A DNA stretch of 59,676 nt from an uncultured Candidatus Saccharibacteria bacterium (GTDB lineage Bacteria > Patescibacteriota > WWE3 > UBA101185 > UBA10185). Each line of letters opens with the position of its first letter. Position 1 is the stretch's first letter. The notes beneath the pieces were generated by a model. The model was not told the origin of the DNA, did not search any database, and saw only the letters and a list, made by a program, of their open reading frames with translations. The stretch lies in NCBI GenBank assembly GCA_964510435.1, contig CAZEBU010000004.1:1-59676 (forward strand), in the 5' to 3' direction. The position numbers were made by a program, and so were the translations under genes. Of the stretch, positions 46,935 to 57,420 are shown piece after piece.

Positions 46935-47465
46935 CTAATCTACTAGCAAAACACATTGTCTCCCCACGTTCAAACAATTACCGTCTAGGCAATATCCATG
47001 AATATAGTCGCCCACAGAGGCTTTTCGAAAAATATCAAAACCACCTTCTATAAAAGAATCGGGGGGATTTAAGGTACGGACAGAAATAGTCTTACTCAAC
47101 GGGCATTTAACGTAAGCTCTACTCTCTCGTCCACTAAATGGTTGACCTTTAGGCTGCACAACATAAATAAGCATCTCGCTATTTAAAATATCAATATTTC
47201 TAATTTGTCCAAAAAACATCCTTTCCTCCCATGTCCAACCCCGCCAATAATCCACGGAAACGGAATAGATCAACTGCAACTCCTCGGTATTAACTGTGTA
47301 ATCTCCCTTTCCTACATTTTCAAAAGGACTTTTTTCGGACAAACCGGGAATGTTTAGTTCACTAATAACTTCGGGCAGAAAATAATAAACAATAAACAAT
47401 GAAAAAACTACAAAGATGGTAACTACTAATAAAGTTTTACTTTTTCTCTCCAGCAATCTTTTCAT
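46935..47465 (-). CDS. Hypothetical membrane-anchored protein (paralog of 46383-46922)
   Basis: Shared YW..W.W.E.M..G, CPLS.T and YCLD..CLN.G..C. Confidence 0.75.
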   Translation of the reverse strand: MKRLLERKSKTLLVVTIFVVFSLFIVYYFLPEVISELNIPGLSEKSPFENVGKGDYTVNTEELQLIYSVSVDYWRGWTWEERMFFGQIRNIDILNSEMLIYVVQPKGQPFSGRESRAYVKCPLSKTISVRTLNPPDSFIEGGFDIFRKASVGDYIHGYCLDGNCLNVGRQCVLLVD

Positions 47466-47507
47466 ATTTAGAGTTGGCGGCAGTTTTTCTAATTGTGATT
47501 CAGGGAA

Positions 47508-47906
47508 CTAACCTAAATATTGTTTAACTTTTTTGGTAATATCTTCCAAAGAAATTTCAGATTTTATAAGGTAGTCGTCGGCGCCTAGCTTGTAGGCTCT
47601 CTCAATGAGATCCTCGCTGTTTAAATTAGTGAGTAAAACAATGGGGCCTTTTTTACCAACTTCCTCTTTCTGAATTTCTTCTAAAACTGCCATGCCATCT
47701 TTTTCAGGCAACATGATATCCAAAAGTAATAGATCCCACTGATCATTTTTAGCCTTGTAAATTCCGTCTTCACCATCATAGGCAGGTAGAACATCATAGC
47801 CAGCTTCGTTGAGTATCTCGGTGTACAGATCAACCAAGTCTATTTCGTCTTCGATCAATAAAACAACTTTTCTTTGCGATTCGTTTGGTGACTCGTTTGG
47901 TTCCAT
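47508..47906 (-). CDS. Single-domain response regulator (CheY-like)
   Basis: LIEDE, LLDIMLP (phospho-Asp), LLTN, GADDYLIK. Confidence 0.93.
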   Translation of the reverse strand: MEPNESPNESQRKVVLLIEDEIDLVDLYTEILNEAGYDVLPAYDGEDGIYKAKNDQWDLLLLDIMLPEKDGMAVLEEIQKEEVGKKGPIVLLTNLNSEDLIERAYKLGADDYLIKSEISLEDITKKVKQYLG

Positions 47907-47954
47907 AATATACTAAGTATATAACAAAAATTTTTATTGTGTAAAATAGTTTTA

Positions 47955-49055
47955 ATGTCCAAAAAAAGCAAAGCTACCATTACCCAGTTAATACACGCAA
48001 TTTCCGAAGCTATAGTTGTCATTGATAAAAAATATAAAGTCATTTTATTCAACAAGGCGGCTGAAAAACTTTTTGACATTAACGTCACAGACGCACTCGG
48101 CATGGACGCTCATGACCTGCTGGAACTCTATTCAACCAATAATGTACCCATCAGTCCGGAATCATATTGTTTTAAAAGAACACCAAAAAAAAGTACCTTA
48201 GATGATGCCATTCTTATGTCCAAAGCTAAAAAGCACCGAGTCAAAATTAAATCGGCCGTTATTGAACTTCCCGCTAACGATGACGACTGCCTAATTACCA
48301 TTTCGGATATAACTAAAGTGAAGGAACTGGAACGTACCAAAGATGAGTTTTTATCCGTAGCCTCCCATGAACTTAGAACACCTATGACCATTATTAAAAG
48401 TTATCTCTGGATGATCAGTACCGAAAGACACGGCAAGCTTGAACCCAAACAAAAAGAATATATAAAAAAGGCCATTTTAAGCACAGAAAGAATGATCGAA
48501 CTAATCAACGACATCTTAAACGTTTCCAGGATCGAACAAAATGCACTTAATGTCCAGATCAACAGGGTAGAGCTGGTCGATTCCATTAACGAATTGGTTT
48601 CGGATTTCAAAGTGAAAGCAGACGAAAAAGGATTAAAACTTTATATCACCAACGAAAAAGAAAAAATGTACGCCTATGTGGATACCTCAAAGTTAAGAGA
48701 GATCTTGGTAAATTTGGTAGGTAACTCTATGAAATTCACCGATCAAGGAGAGATCAGAATTGATATCAGGCAAGCCGGTGACTACATGAAGGTATCCATT
48801 ATAGACACCGGTAGGGGAATCAAGCAAAGTGAGCTTGAGCGCATGTTCCATAAGTTTGGGCGTCTGGATTCTTCATACCAAACAGTGGCTGAATCCGAAG
48901 GAACCGGTCTGGGTTTATATATTGTAAAACTATTTATTGATGCTATGTATGGAAAAATAGGTGTATTTTCGGATGGAGTAGGCAAGGGATCCACATTCTG
49001 GTTTACTTTGCCCAGGAAGAGAGCCTCTAAAAATAAGAAGGCAGAAAAAGATTAA
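47955..49055 (+). CDS. Cytoplasmic PAS sensor histidine kinase
   Basis: PAS FNKAAEKLF; H-box ASHELRTP; N, G1, F and G2 boxes; no TM. Confidence 0.93.
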   Translation: MSKKSKATITQLIHAISEAIVVIDKKYKVILFNKAAEKLFDINVTDALGMDAHDLLELYSTNNVPISPESYCFKRTPKKSTLDDAILMSKAKKHRVKIKSAVIELPANDDDCLITISDITKVKELERTKDEFLSVASHELRTPMTIIKSYLWMISTERHGKLEPKQKEYIKKAILSTERMIELINDILNVSRIEQNALNVQINRVELVDSINELVSDFKVKADEKGLKLYITNEKEKMYAYVDTSKLREILVNLVGNSMKFTDQGEIRIDIRQAGDYMKVSIIDTGRGIKQSELERMFHKFGRLDSSYQTVAESEGTGLGLYIVKLFIDAMYGKIGVFSDGVGKGSTFWFTLPRKRASKNKKAEKD

Positions 49056-49936
49056 AAAAGATCAATATAGAAACTCCACAACTCCGGTCCCCAAAGCAAA
49101 GCTACTATACTGCCGGCAATTAAGAAAGGACCAAAAGGAACTGTATCTTTGAGACTCTTAACTTTAAGTAGTACCAAAACCAGACTAAGAGCAGCCCCCA
49201 AAATAAACCCTACAAAAATAGCCATAATGTTAAAAGGAAAACCATTAAAAAGTCCGATCAAAAACCCCAAACGAATGTCACCTGCACCCATACCTCGTCC
49301 TTTGGTGACATACACCAACAGGGCAAAAAATCCCGCAATACCAAGCGAGCTGACAATAATTAGGCCAATGTTTTTCAAAATATTAAAAACTAGCATCTCC
49401 AGATAACCCACTTCCAAGAGATAAACACCTAGAGGTTCGTTTTCTAGCTTCCCTCTAGTAATAAAATAGTAGACTGCCGTGTTTATCAGCATATACATCA
49501 AAACAAAAGCAATAGCCGGGTAAACTATTTTGTTGGGAATTAAACGATACTTAAGATCGGCCAATAAAAGGGTTATGTAAAAGCTACCTACCACAGTTAA
49601 GTAAACAAAGGAGCTGATCGTTCCGTAATCAAGGTTGACAAAAATATTCGATAAAAATGCCGCACCTACAAAGACTAAACCTGTTAATATTTCTGAAAGT
49701 GGGTAGTACCAGGAAAGTTTTTCATTACAGTACCTGCACCTACCACGCGCCAGAAAAAAAGAAAGAAGAGGAATTAAGTCTCTTGGGGCAAGATTTTTAT
49801 GACAATGATCACACTTTGATCTTCCCGCCAGAATTTTTCCGCCTTTGGGAATTCTATCCGCCACCAGATTTAAAAATGAACCAAATAATAGCCCTGATGT
49901 AAAGGTTAAAATATATAATACAACTTGTTGCAACAT
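49052..49936 (-). CDS. pilD: Prepilin peptidase (A24)
   Basis: GSFLN, RS.C..C, GRCRYC, GMGAGD, PFGPFL. Confidence 0.95.
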   Translation of the reverse strand: MLQQVVLYILTFTSGLLFGSFLNLVADRIPKGGKILAGRSKCDHCHKNLAPRDLIPLLSFFLARGRCRYCNEKLSWYYPLSEILTGLVFVGAAFLSNIFVNLDYGTISSFVYLTVVGSFYITLLLADLKYRLIPNKIVYPAIAFVLMYMLINTAVYYFITRGKLENEPLGVYLLEVGYLEMLVFNILKNIGLIIVSSLGIAGFFALLVYVTKGRGMGAGDIRLGFLIGLFNGFPFNIMAIFVGFILGAALSLVLVLLKVKSLKDTVPFGPFLIAGSIVALLWGPELWSFYIDLF

Positions 49937-49976
49937 ACTTTAGTAAGTCTAGCACAAAGTTATAAAACCACTAGCT

Positions 49977-50477
49977 CTAAATGATAGTTAAGCTTGTACC
50001 AATCTCAAATACGTCGTTATCGTTTCCACCGTCTGTACTCATCTTGGTAGTATTATCTGCAGACTCCAAAACGGTGTTGAATTCATATGCATTGCCGTCA
50101 GAGGCAAATGTGTAAATAAGCCCTGCTGAATTTGTAGGATCTACAGGTAAAGCAGGTAGGTATTTTGCCAAGCCTGTTTTACCCGCATTAATGGTAAATT
50201 TCACCCAGCCATTAGTACCATCAACTGCCTGTGTCCCCGTATCACTCGTACAGGTAAGACATCCGGTTGTATCCGATAAGGTAACCTCGTTATCGGCTAA
50301 AGCTAGACCAAAAGCCTTGTGTACCGTATCCATATCCTGCAGTCTTTGCGAATCTCTAGCCTTCATAAGTAGTTGCGCGGGATTAATAGCAATCAAAACG
50401 ACTCCTGCTAAAATGCCTATAATGGCAATGACTACCAATAATTCCACTAAAGTAAAACCTTTATTATTTGATCTCAT
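49977..50477 (-). CDS. pilA: Major type IV pilin candidate
   Basis: KG|FTLVELLVVIAIIGILA; strong GGAGGTG SD; between pilC and pilD. Confidence 0.8.
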   Translation of the reverse strand: MRSNNKGFTLVELLVVIAIIGILAGVVLIAINPAQLLMKARDSQRLQDMDTVHKAFGLALADNEVTLSDTTGCLTCTSDTGTQAVDGTNGWVKFTINAGKTGLAKYLPALPVDPTNSAGLIYTFASDGNAYEFNTVLESADNTTKMSTDGGNDNDVFEIGTSLTII

Positions 50478-50520
50478 CTAGAGTTCACCTCCTATAAACT
50501 TAGTAAAGTTTTCGAACATA

Positions 50521-51723
50521 TTATATAGAGCTGGTAATTTTATAGATAGGTGTGATGATCGAAATAATTAAAAATCCTACCATACCACCTAACATCAAGA
50601 GAATTACCGGCTCTAAAGCAGCGGATAAACCCTTCACCGAGTGATCTACTTCACCTTCCAGATAGTTTGCCACTCTGTCTAAAACTTCATCCAATTGACC
50701 AGTTTCCTCGCCTACAGTGATCATTTGCCCTAGCAGGGGCGGGAAGACCGGGTTTGATCTAATGTATTCCGAAAGAGCATTTCCTTTCTCAACAGCCGCA
50801 GCCGATTCATAAGCAGCTTCACGGAAAACCCTGTTTTTCATGACACCTGCCACAATGTTTAATGCCTCCACAATAGGTATAGCAGAGGCAATTAGCAAAC
50901 TAAGAGTTCGAGTGAAATCCGTAATTTCCTTCTGTTTATTGATTTTGCCAAATATAGGTACATTAAATAATAAACTTGAAATAACCTCTTTGCCGGCTTC
51001 GGTGCTAACAAAATATCTTATGGCCATAAATGCCCCAACGGCCAATAGAAAGACTAATAAAAGATTTTCTACAAAAAAGTCGGAGAGAGTGATCATGGCT
51101 TGTGTCATAGCGGGCAACTCGACGTTTAAACTTGTGTACATCGTGGCTAGCTTTGGTACAACAAACACCATCATTATCACAAACACACCTATCATGGCTA
51201 AAAAAACTATGGAGGGATAGATCATGGCCGCAATAAATTTGGAATTAAGCTCTCTCTGTTTTTCCATAGTAGATGCTAATCTTTTAAGAATTTCGTCCAA
51301 TTTTCCTGAAGCCTCACCGGCTCGCACTAGCGCTTGATAGGTGGCGGGAAATACATGAGGATGCTTACCTAAAGCCATGGACAGTGATGAACCACCTTCA
51401 ATACTTCTTAAAACTTCTAAAAGAATTTTCTTAAGAGCTTTATTACTTGCCTGGTCCGAAAGAACATCAAGAGCTCTGGAGATAGGCAACCCGGCGCTTA
51501 TCATAGTGGAAAACTGCCTGGTGAAAGCTACAACTTCGTTTTGAGGAACCCCCTGAAAAACACCTAATTTACTTAAGATACTATCCTTTTTTTCGTTGAG
51601 CTCAATAACGTAAAGTCCCTGTCTCTTTAACAAACCTACCGCCAACTCTCTTGTTCTTGCGTCTACGGTACCCGTTTTCTTATTACCTGCGGAATCCGAG
51701 GCAGTATATGCGTACAAGGACAT
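50521..51723 (-). CDS. pilC: Type IV pilus platform protein PilC (GspF family)
   Basis: FTRQFSTMISAG, GEASGKLD, AMIYP, GEETGQLD, LEP. Confidence 0.95.
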   Translation of the reverse strand: MSLYAYTASDSAGNKKTGTVDARTRELAVGLLKRQGLYVIELNEKKDSILSKLGVFQGVPQNEVVAFTRQFSTMISAGLPISRALDVLSDQASNKALKKILLEVLRSIEGGSSLSMALGKHPHVFPATYQALVRAGEASGKLDEILKRLASTMEKQRELNSKFIAAMIYPSIVFLAMIGVFVIMMVFVVPKLATMYTSLNVELPAMTQAMITLSDFFVENLLLVFLLAVGAFMAIRYFVSTEAGKEVISSLLFNVPIFGKINKQKEITDFTRTLSLLIASAIPIVEALNIVAGVMKNRVFREAAYESAAAVEKGNALSEYIRSNPVFPPLLGQMITVGEETGQLDEVLDRVANYLEGEVDHSVKGLSAALEPVILLMLGGMVGFLIISIITPIYKITSSI

Positions 51724-51730
51724 AGCTTAT

Positions 51731-52804
51731 TTACTTTCTCTGCTTAAGTGCAGTCCTTAAATTATCAGGTTTTGTTGCATATTTCATAGCTTCTTCCAAG
51801 TCCACTTTCCCCTCCTTAACCAGGGCGGCCAAACTGTGCTCCAGATCGCGCATGCCAATACCTAAGCTAGTACTTATCACATTATCTATCATATGTGTTT
51901 TACCTTCCCTAATTAGATTTCTCACCGCGCTTGTTGCTAACAAAACTTCTACTGCGGGTATTAATCCTCCTTCTTTACCAATCAAAAGTCTTTGTGATAG
52001 CACTGCCTCCATAACTTGTGATAATTGCTGCCTAACCTGACCTTGCTTGCTTTCCGGGAAGGAGACAATAACTCTCTCAATGGTTTGGGCTGCGGAATTG
52101 GTATGCAAAGTAGCAAACACCAAATGTCCGGTTTCAGAAATCTGCAGCACTGCAGACATTGTTTGCGCGTCTCTCATTTCACCCACCATAACAATATTGG
52201 GATCTTGTCTGAGTACAGATTTTAAGGCCACATCCCAGGAATGTGTATCTAAGTACATTTCCCGCTGTTCAATAAGTGATTGTTTGTTAGTAAATATGTA
52301 CTCAATAGGGTCTTCTATAGTGACTATATGCTCTGCACGAGTTTGATTGATCTCCTCGATCATGGCTGCTATGCTGGTAGATTTTCCGTGCCCGGTAGGA
52401 CCGACAACCAAAATTAATCCCTGTTTTAAATTACATAAATGTTCCGCAGTTTGAGGTAAATTAAGCGATTCCAGTTGAGGAACAACCATAGGAATAGTCC
52501 TCATGGCCACAGAGGGGTAACCTCGTTGATAGAAAGCATTGACTCTAAATCTAGCTTTTGTACCTAAAGCTACAGAAAAATCTATCTCTTTATTGACATC
52601 AAAAATATCTTTTTGGTCAGCTTTTAGTATCTGGGATAAGAAAAACTCAATATCCTCCGCAGTCAAAGAAGCATGATCTGACATAGGCTGAAGAACACCA
52701 CTAACTCTTACAATAGGGGAGTCGGTAACAGACAGAAGCAAATCTGAAGCACCTAACTCAAGAACTCTCTCTAATATTGGTGTGGCATTTAGCTTACTAG
52801 GCAT
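51731..52804 (-). CDS. pilT: Type IV pilus retraction ATPase
   Basis: GPTGHGKST, TIEDPIE, LRQDP, GHLVFATLHT, AVRNLIRE. Confidence 0.95.
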   Translation of the reverse strand: MPSKLNATPILERVLELGASDLLLSVTDSPIVRVSGVLQPMSDHASLTAEDIEFFLSQILKADQKDIFDVNKEIDFSVALGTKARFRVNAFYQRGYPSVAMRTIPMVVPQLESLNLPQTAEHLCNLKQGLILVVGPTGHGKSTSIAAMIEEINQTRAEHIVTIEDPIEYIFTNKQSLIEQREMYLDTHSWDVALKSVLRQDPNIVMVGEMRDAQTMSAVLQISETGHLVFATLHTNSAAQTIERVIVSFPESKQGQVRQQLSQVMEAVLSQRLLIGKEGGLIPAVEVLLATSAVRNLIREGKTHMIDNVISTSLGIGMRDLEHSLAALVKEGKVDLEEAMKYATKPDNLRTALKQRK

Positions 52805-52841
52805 ACTATTTAATTATATAACTTTCTTTTGGTACAAAACA

Positions 52842-54602
52842 CTATTTTGCAACTCTCATAACTTCCTCTATAGTTGTCGCTCCTTCAATAGCACGAAGGT
52901 AGCCATCCTCCAAAAGCCTGAGCATACCGTCTTCCACTGCCTGCTTTTCAATAACAGTGGCCGGGCTGTTTTCTACAGTTAGGTGGGCTATTTTATCGGT
53001 CATCTCCAATAATTCGAAGATGCCTATTCGCCCTTTATAGCCTGACTGGCCACACACATCACATCCTTGTCCTTTATAGAGGACTACTTTGTCTTTATCC
53101 AGTATCTTCATAGTTTTAGCTATCTCGGGATCTTTGGTCATAATGGTCTTATTGTTCTTCACCAGCTCTAAAATATCCCTGATCTTCTGCTGCACCTCCA
53201 TGGGCGGCTCGTAATCCGTCTTGCAATCCTCACATATTCTCCTCACAAGTCTTTGGGCTAAGATAGCGTTTAAAGTAGAGGAAAGCAAAAAATCTTCCAC
53301 TTTCATATCCAATAACCTTGGAATAGCCCCGGAGGCCGAATTAGTGTGCAAAGTAGATAAAACTAAGTGACCTGTCAAAGCAGCGTGGATCGCCAGTTCA
53401 GCAGTTTCACCATCTCTAATCTCGCCTACAAGAATTATATTAGGATCCTGTCTTAAAAACGAACGCAAACCTAAAGCAAATGTTAAACCCGCTTGAGGAT
53501 TTACTTGTACCTGATTCACACCTGCTACCCTAATTTCCACCGGATCTTCGATGGTGACAATATTTACCCTAGAGGTGTTAAGTTTGGAAAGAGCTGCAGA
53601 TAAAGTTACAGTTTTACCTGAACCTGTAGGGCCTGTAACTAAAATCATGCCTGTTGGTTTAAAAGTTGCCTCCTCAAATCTCCTTAAGGAAATGCCTCTC
53701 AGACCTAGGTCTTTAAAACTAAAAACTACTCCTGCTTCTTTTAATAAACGAATAACAATCTTCTCCCCATAAATAGTCGGTAAGCTAGAAACACGCAGAT
53801 CAGTAGAAGTATCTCCAACTTGGATTTTAAATCGTCCATCTTGAGGAACCCGTTTCTCGTCGATCTTCATATTAGATAAGATCTTTATTCTAGCGATAAT
53901 AGAATTATGCATCTCCTTAGGGAAGGTTCTTTTCTCTTCTAAAATACCGTCAACTCGATACCTTAATCGGGACTTTTCTTCACCCGGCTCTAGGTGAACA
54001 TCCGAGGCCTGCATTTTCACAGCCGTTTGTAAGATCATATTTACTATTCTAGCTACCGGTGCGTCTCTGAGAGTCTCATCCGTGATATCAGTTTGCGTTT
54101 CTTCTATCTTAAGGGTCGTCTGACTAATTTCTTCCAAGGCGGCGCTAATCTCATCACCAATAGCCTTACTTTTAAAATCTTCGAGTAATTTTTCCAAGGA
54201 CTTTGGTGTGGCAATGTAAGGGATAACCTTGTTGCCAGTCTTTTTTTCCACGAACTCGATGGTTTGCAGATCCAAAGGATCCGCCATAGCCAAATGGAGT
54301 CTATTATCTTCGAGTTTATAGGGCAGGATCTTATATTTTTTAAGGGTTGATACAGGAAGAATATTGAAAATATCTTCCTCAACGGTCGTTTCTTCTAGGG
54401 CAACATACTGTATGTTATAGACTTCACCAAAAGCCTCCACCAAATCCCTATCGGTAACGAACCCTCTTTCTTTAATTATCTCCTGGATCGGGGAGCCTGT
54501 ATTAACATGTTCGAACTTTATTGCAGAAAGTTGATCGTCGGTCAAAAGACCTTTTTTATGAAGTACGTCTTCTATCCCTGTTGATTTGTTAGCATTTAAC
54601 AT
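52842..54602 (-). CDS. pilB: Type IV pilus extension ATPase PilB/GspE
   Basis: GPTGSGKT, LRQDP, tetra-Cys Zn motif, GYKGRIG. Confidence 0.95.
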   Translation of the reverse strand: MLNANKSTGIEDVLHKKGLLTDDQLSAIKFEHVNTGSPIQEIIKERGFVTDRDLVEAFGEVYNIQYVALEETTVEEDIFNILPVSTLKKYKILPYKLEDNRLHLAMADPLDLQTIEFVEKKTGNKVIPYIATPKSLEKLLEDFKSKAIGDEISAALEEISQTTLKIEETQTDITDETLRDAPVARIVNMILQTAVKMQASDVHLEPGEEKSRLRYRVDGILEEKRTFPKEMHNSIIARIKILSNMKIDEKRVPQDGRFKIQVGDTSTDLRVSSLPTIYGEKIVIRLLKEAGVVFSFKDLGLRGISLRRFEEATFKPTGMILVTGPTGSGKTVTLSAALSKLNTSRVNIVTIEDPVEIRVAGVNQVQVNPQAGLTFALGLRSFLRQDPNIILVGEIRDGETAELAIHAALTGHLVLSTLHTNSASGAIPRLLDMKVEDFLLSSTLNAILAQRLVRRICEDCKTDYEPPMEVQQKIRDILELVKNNKTIMTKDPEIAKTMKILDKDKVVLYKGQGCDVCGQSGYKGRIGIFELLEMTDKIAHLTVENSPATVIEKQAVEDGMLRLLEDGYLRAIEGATTIEEVMRVAK

Positions 54603-54664
54603 AGGCAGGATTAAATTACATTAGTATGATAACACAATAATTTCTTTCAGAGTATAATACACTC

Positions 54665-55339
54665 ATGTTGTCAGGGACTCACTTAGTGCACGGTAGCTCA
54701 ATAAGAAAGCGCCTTGGAAAAATCAATGAAATTATTCGTAAACTCGACCAAAACCTCTTAAAGGAGGGTCACCCTGATGTTTTAATTATTAAAAAAGACA
54801 GAGGTAAAAACAAGATCAGTATCAACAGATCAAGAGAAATTATTTCTTTCTTATCCGTTAAACCCTACAACTCTCCTTATAAAGTTGCCCTCGTGGAATC
54901 AGCTGAATATATGTCATCGCAAGCTCAAAATGCCCTTTTAAAAACTCTGGAAGAACCGCCTGATTATGCCGTGATCATTCTTTCCACCAAAAAAGAGCAA
55001 TCTCTACTACCCACTATTATTTCCAGGTGCAAATTACACACAGTCCGCGACGAAGACTTCTACCTGGAGCTGTCTGATAAAGATCCTCTAAAGGAGATCC
55101 TTTCCGGAGATGTGGGGCATAAACTTGGCACGGCGCAGGAAATCGCGGGGAGGGAAAGAGAAGATGTCATTGAGCTTTTAGAACACTGGATCATGGAGGA
55201 GCGACTGGAGATGGTGGAAAATAACCGATTCCACAAAGTAAATAATGTCGAAACTTTGCTCATGTTTCTTCACGACATCGAAGAGACAAATGTTAACCCC
55301 AGATTAGCTTTGGAGACACTTTTTTTTAAGCTTAAATAA
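54665..55339 (+). CDS. holB: DNA polymerase III delta' subunit (truncated)
   Basis: HPDV, AQNALLKTLEEPP, LLPTIISRC. Confidence 0.88.
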   Translation: MLSGTHLVHGSSIRKRLGKINEIIRKLDQNLLKEGHPDVLIIKKDRGKNKISINRSREIISFLSVKPYNSPYKVALVESAEYMSSQAQNALLKTLEEPPDYAVIILSTKKEQSLLPTIISRCKLHTVRDEDFYLELSDKDPLKEILSGDVGHKLGTAQEIAGREREDVIELLEHWIMEERLEMVENNRFHKVNNVETLLMFLHDIEETNVNPRLALETLFFKLK

Positions 55340-55415
55340 CAATAGAAATCCTTGAAAGAGAGCTGGTTTTACTATAAAATCAATAGGTTGTATAGACTTC
55401 CACTATTACTTATTT

Positions 55416-57398
55416 GTGTCTACTATGGCTAAAAAAAGCGATTACAGTGCAGAACACATACAGGTTCTAGAAGGTTTAGAGCCAGTTCGAAAAAGACCCG
55501 GGATGTACATAGGTTCAACCGGAGAAGAGGGTCTCCACCATCTGGTAACGGAAATTGTCAATAACTCTATGGATGAAGGTATTGCCGGGTTTGCCGACCA
55601 CATCAGATTGGAATTCCTAACAGACGGTTCCTGTGTTGTTTACGATAACGGCAGAGGAATTCCTTTTGGTATCAAAAAAGAGTATGGTGTGAGTGCTTTA
55701 GAGCTAGCTTTTACCAAACTACATGCTGGGGGTAAGTTTGGCGGAGGAGGATACAAGGTATCCAGCGGCCTCCACGGTGTAGGATCATCAGTAGTTAACG
55801 CCCTTTCCAAATGGTGCCGAGTGGTGGTCAGGCGGGATGGAGAAACGGTGGTTCAGGAGTATACCAACGGCGGAGAAATAGTAAGGCCGGTGGAAAAGAT
55901 CGATCCTAAAAAACCTGTTACCAAAATAAAAGGAGAAAAGTGGAACCTTGATCTAAGCAACTGGAATTTTGAATCGGGCAGCATAGTGCAATTTTTACCT
56001 GACGATAAAGTCTTTGAAACAACCGATTTTAAAACAAAATTTTTCCTAACCCAGCTTAAAGAATATGCTTACCTTACAGCCGGCATCAGATTTGAAATAA
56101 TCGATCATCGCAATGATATACACGAGAATTACTATTTTGAAGGGGGAATTATTTCCTATTTGAAATCTCTAAATAGAAATAAAAACGTGATGCACCCCAC
56201 TCCTTTTTATGTACGCAAGCAATTTGAAGACGTAGATGTCGAGATAGCTTTGCAGTACAACGATTCATTTAACGAAACAGTTTTATGTTTTGCTAACCAC
56301 CTAAAAAACATCGAAGGAGGCACTCACTTAACGGGTTTTAGATCAGCGCTAACCAAAACGGTTAATGACTACGCTAAGAAAAATAACCTTCTTAGAGCCA
56401 ATGACGGTAATTTATCGGGTGATGACCTAAAGGAAGGCCTCACAGCTATCATCTCAGTTAAACTAGATTCGGAACAATTACAATTTGAAGGGCAAACAAA
56501 GGCCAAACTTGGAAACACAGTGGCAAGACAGGCAGTTGATTCTATACTCAAAGAAGCCTTGGAAATATATCTCAATGAGCATCCCAGAGACGCAAAATAT
56601 ATCATCGAAAAAAATATTCTTGCCTACAAAGCCAGGATAGCTGCTAAAGCAGCCAGGGATACCGTGATCAGAAAATCCGCTTTAGACGTCGGTAGTGGTG
56701 TTTTACCAGGCAAACTTGCTGATTGTTCTACCAAAGACCCTGATAAGGCAGAACTTTTTATTGTTGAGGGAGATTCTGCCGGCGGTTCGGCCAAACAAGG
56801 AAGAAATAGAGAGACGCAAGCTATTTTGCCTTTGTTTGGCAAAGTGCTCAATACAGAAAGAGCCCGTATAGACAAAATAGTGGAGTCCGAAAAATTTAAA
56901 AACTTGATTGTAGCTATTGGCGCAGGAATAGGTGAACAGTATGATCCTAAAAAACTTAGATACAATAAGATCATCATCATGGCCGATGCAGATAGCGACG
57001 GCATGCACATTATGACTTTGTATTTAACCTTTTTTTACAGGCACATGTCTCAATTGTTCGAAGGCAACCATATTTATGTAGCCGTACCTCCTCTGTTTAA
57101 AGCTACCTGGGGCAAAGAGAAAAAGTATCTTTTCGATGAGTTGGAAAGGGAGGAGTTCCTGAAAACCAAGAAGGGAGAAAAAGCCGTTATACAAAGATTT
57201 AAAGGTCTAGGCGAAATGAACGCCGAGGAACTCTGGGAAACCACCATGAACCCGGAGAAAAGAAGGCTGTTGCAAATAACTATTGAGGACGCAGCCCATG
57301 CGGATGAGGTATTCACCATGTTAATGGGCAGCGAAGTGCCCCCCAGAAAACGCTTTATCCAAACCCACGCCAAAGAGGCAATTATCGATAAAACCTAA
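55416..57398 (+). CDS. gyrB: DNA gyrase subunit B (start 55416 or 55425)
   Basis: VRKRPGMYIG, SSGLHGVG, VEGDSAGG, QRFKGLGEM. Confidence 0.97.
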   Translation: MSTMAKKSDYSAEHIQVLEGLEPVRKRPGMYIGSTGEEGLHHLVTEIVNNSMDEGIAGFADHIRLEFLTDGSCVVYDNGRGIPFGIKKEYGVSALELAFTKLHAGGKFGGGGYKVSSGLHGVGSSVVNALSKWCRVVVRRDGETVVQEYTNGGEIVRPVEKIDPKKPVTKIKGEKWNLDLSNWNFESGSIVQFLPDDKVFETTDFKTKFFLTQLKEYAYLTAGIRFEIIDHRNDIHENYYFEGGIISYLKSLNRNKNVMHPTPFYVRKQFEDVDVEIALQYNDSFNETVLCFANHLKNIEGGTHLTGFRSALTKTVNDYAKKNNLLRANDGNLSGDDLKEGLTAIISVKLDSEQLQFEGQTKAKLGNTVARQAVDSILKEALEIYLNEHPRDAKYIIEKNILAYKARIAAKAARDTVIRKSALDVGSGVLPGKLADCSTKDPDKAELFIVEGDSAGGSAKQGRNRETQAILPLFGKVLNTERARIDKIVESEKFKNLIVAIGAGIGEQYDPKKLRYNKIIIMADADSDGMHIMTLYLTFFYRHMSQLFEGNHIYVAVPPLFKATWGKEKKYLFDELEREEFLKTKKGEKAVIQRFKGLGEMNAEELWETTMNPEKRRLLQITIEDAAHADEVFTMLMGSEVPPRKRFIQTHAKEAIIDKT

Positions 57399-57420
57399 GC
57401 TATTGTGTATACTTTTATTA

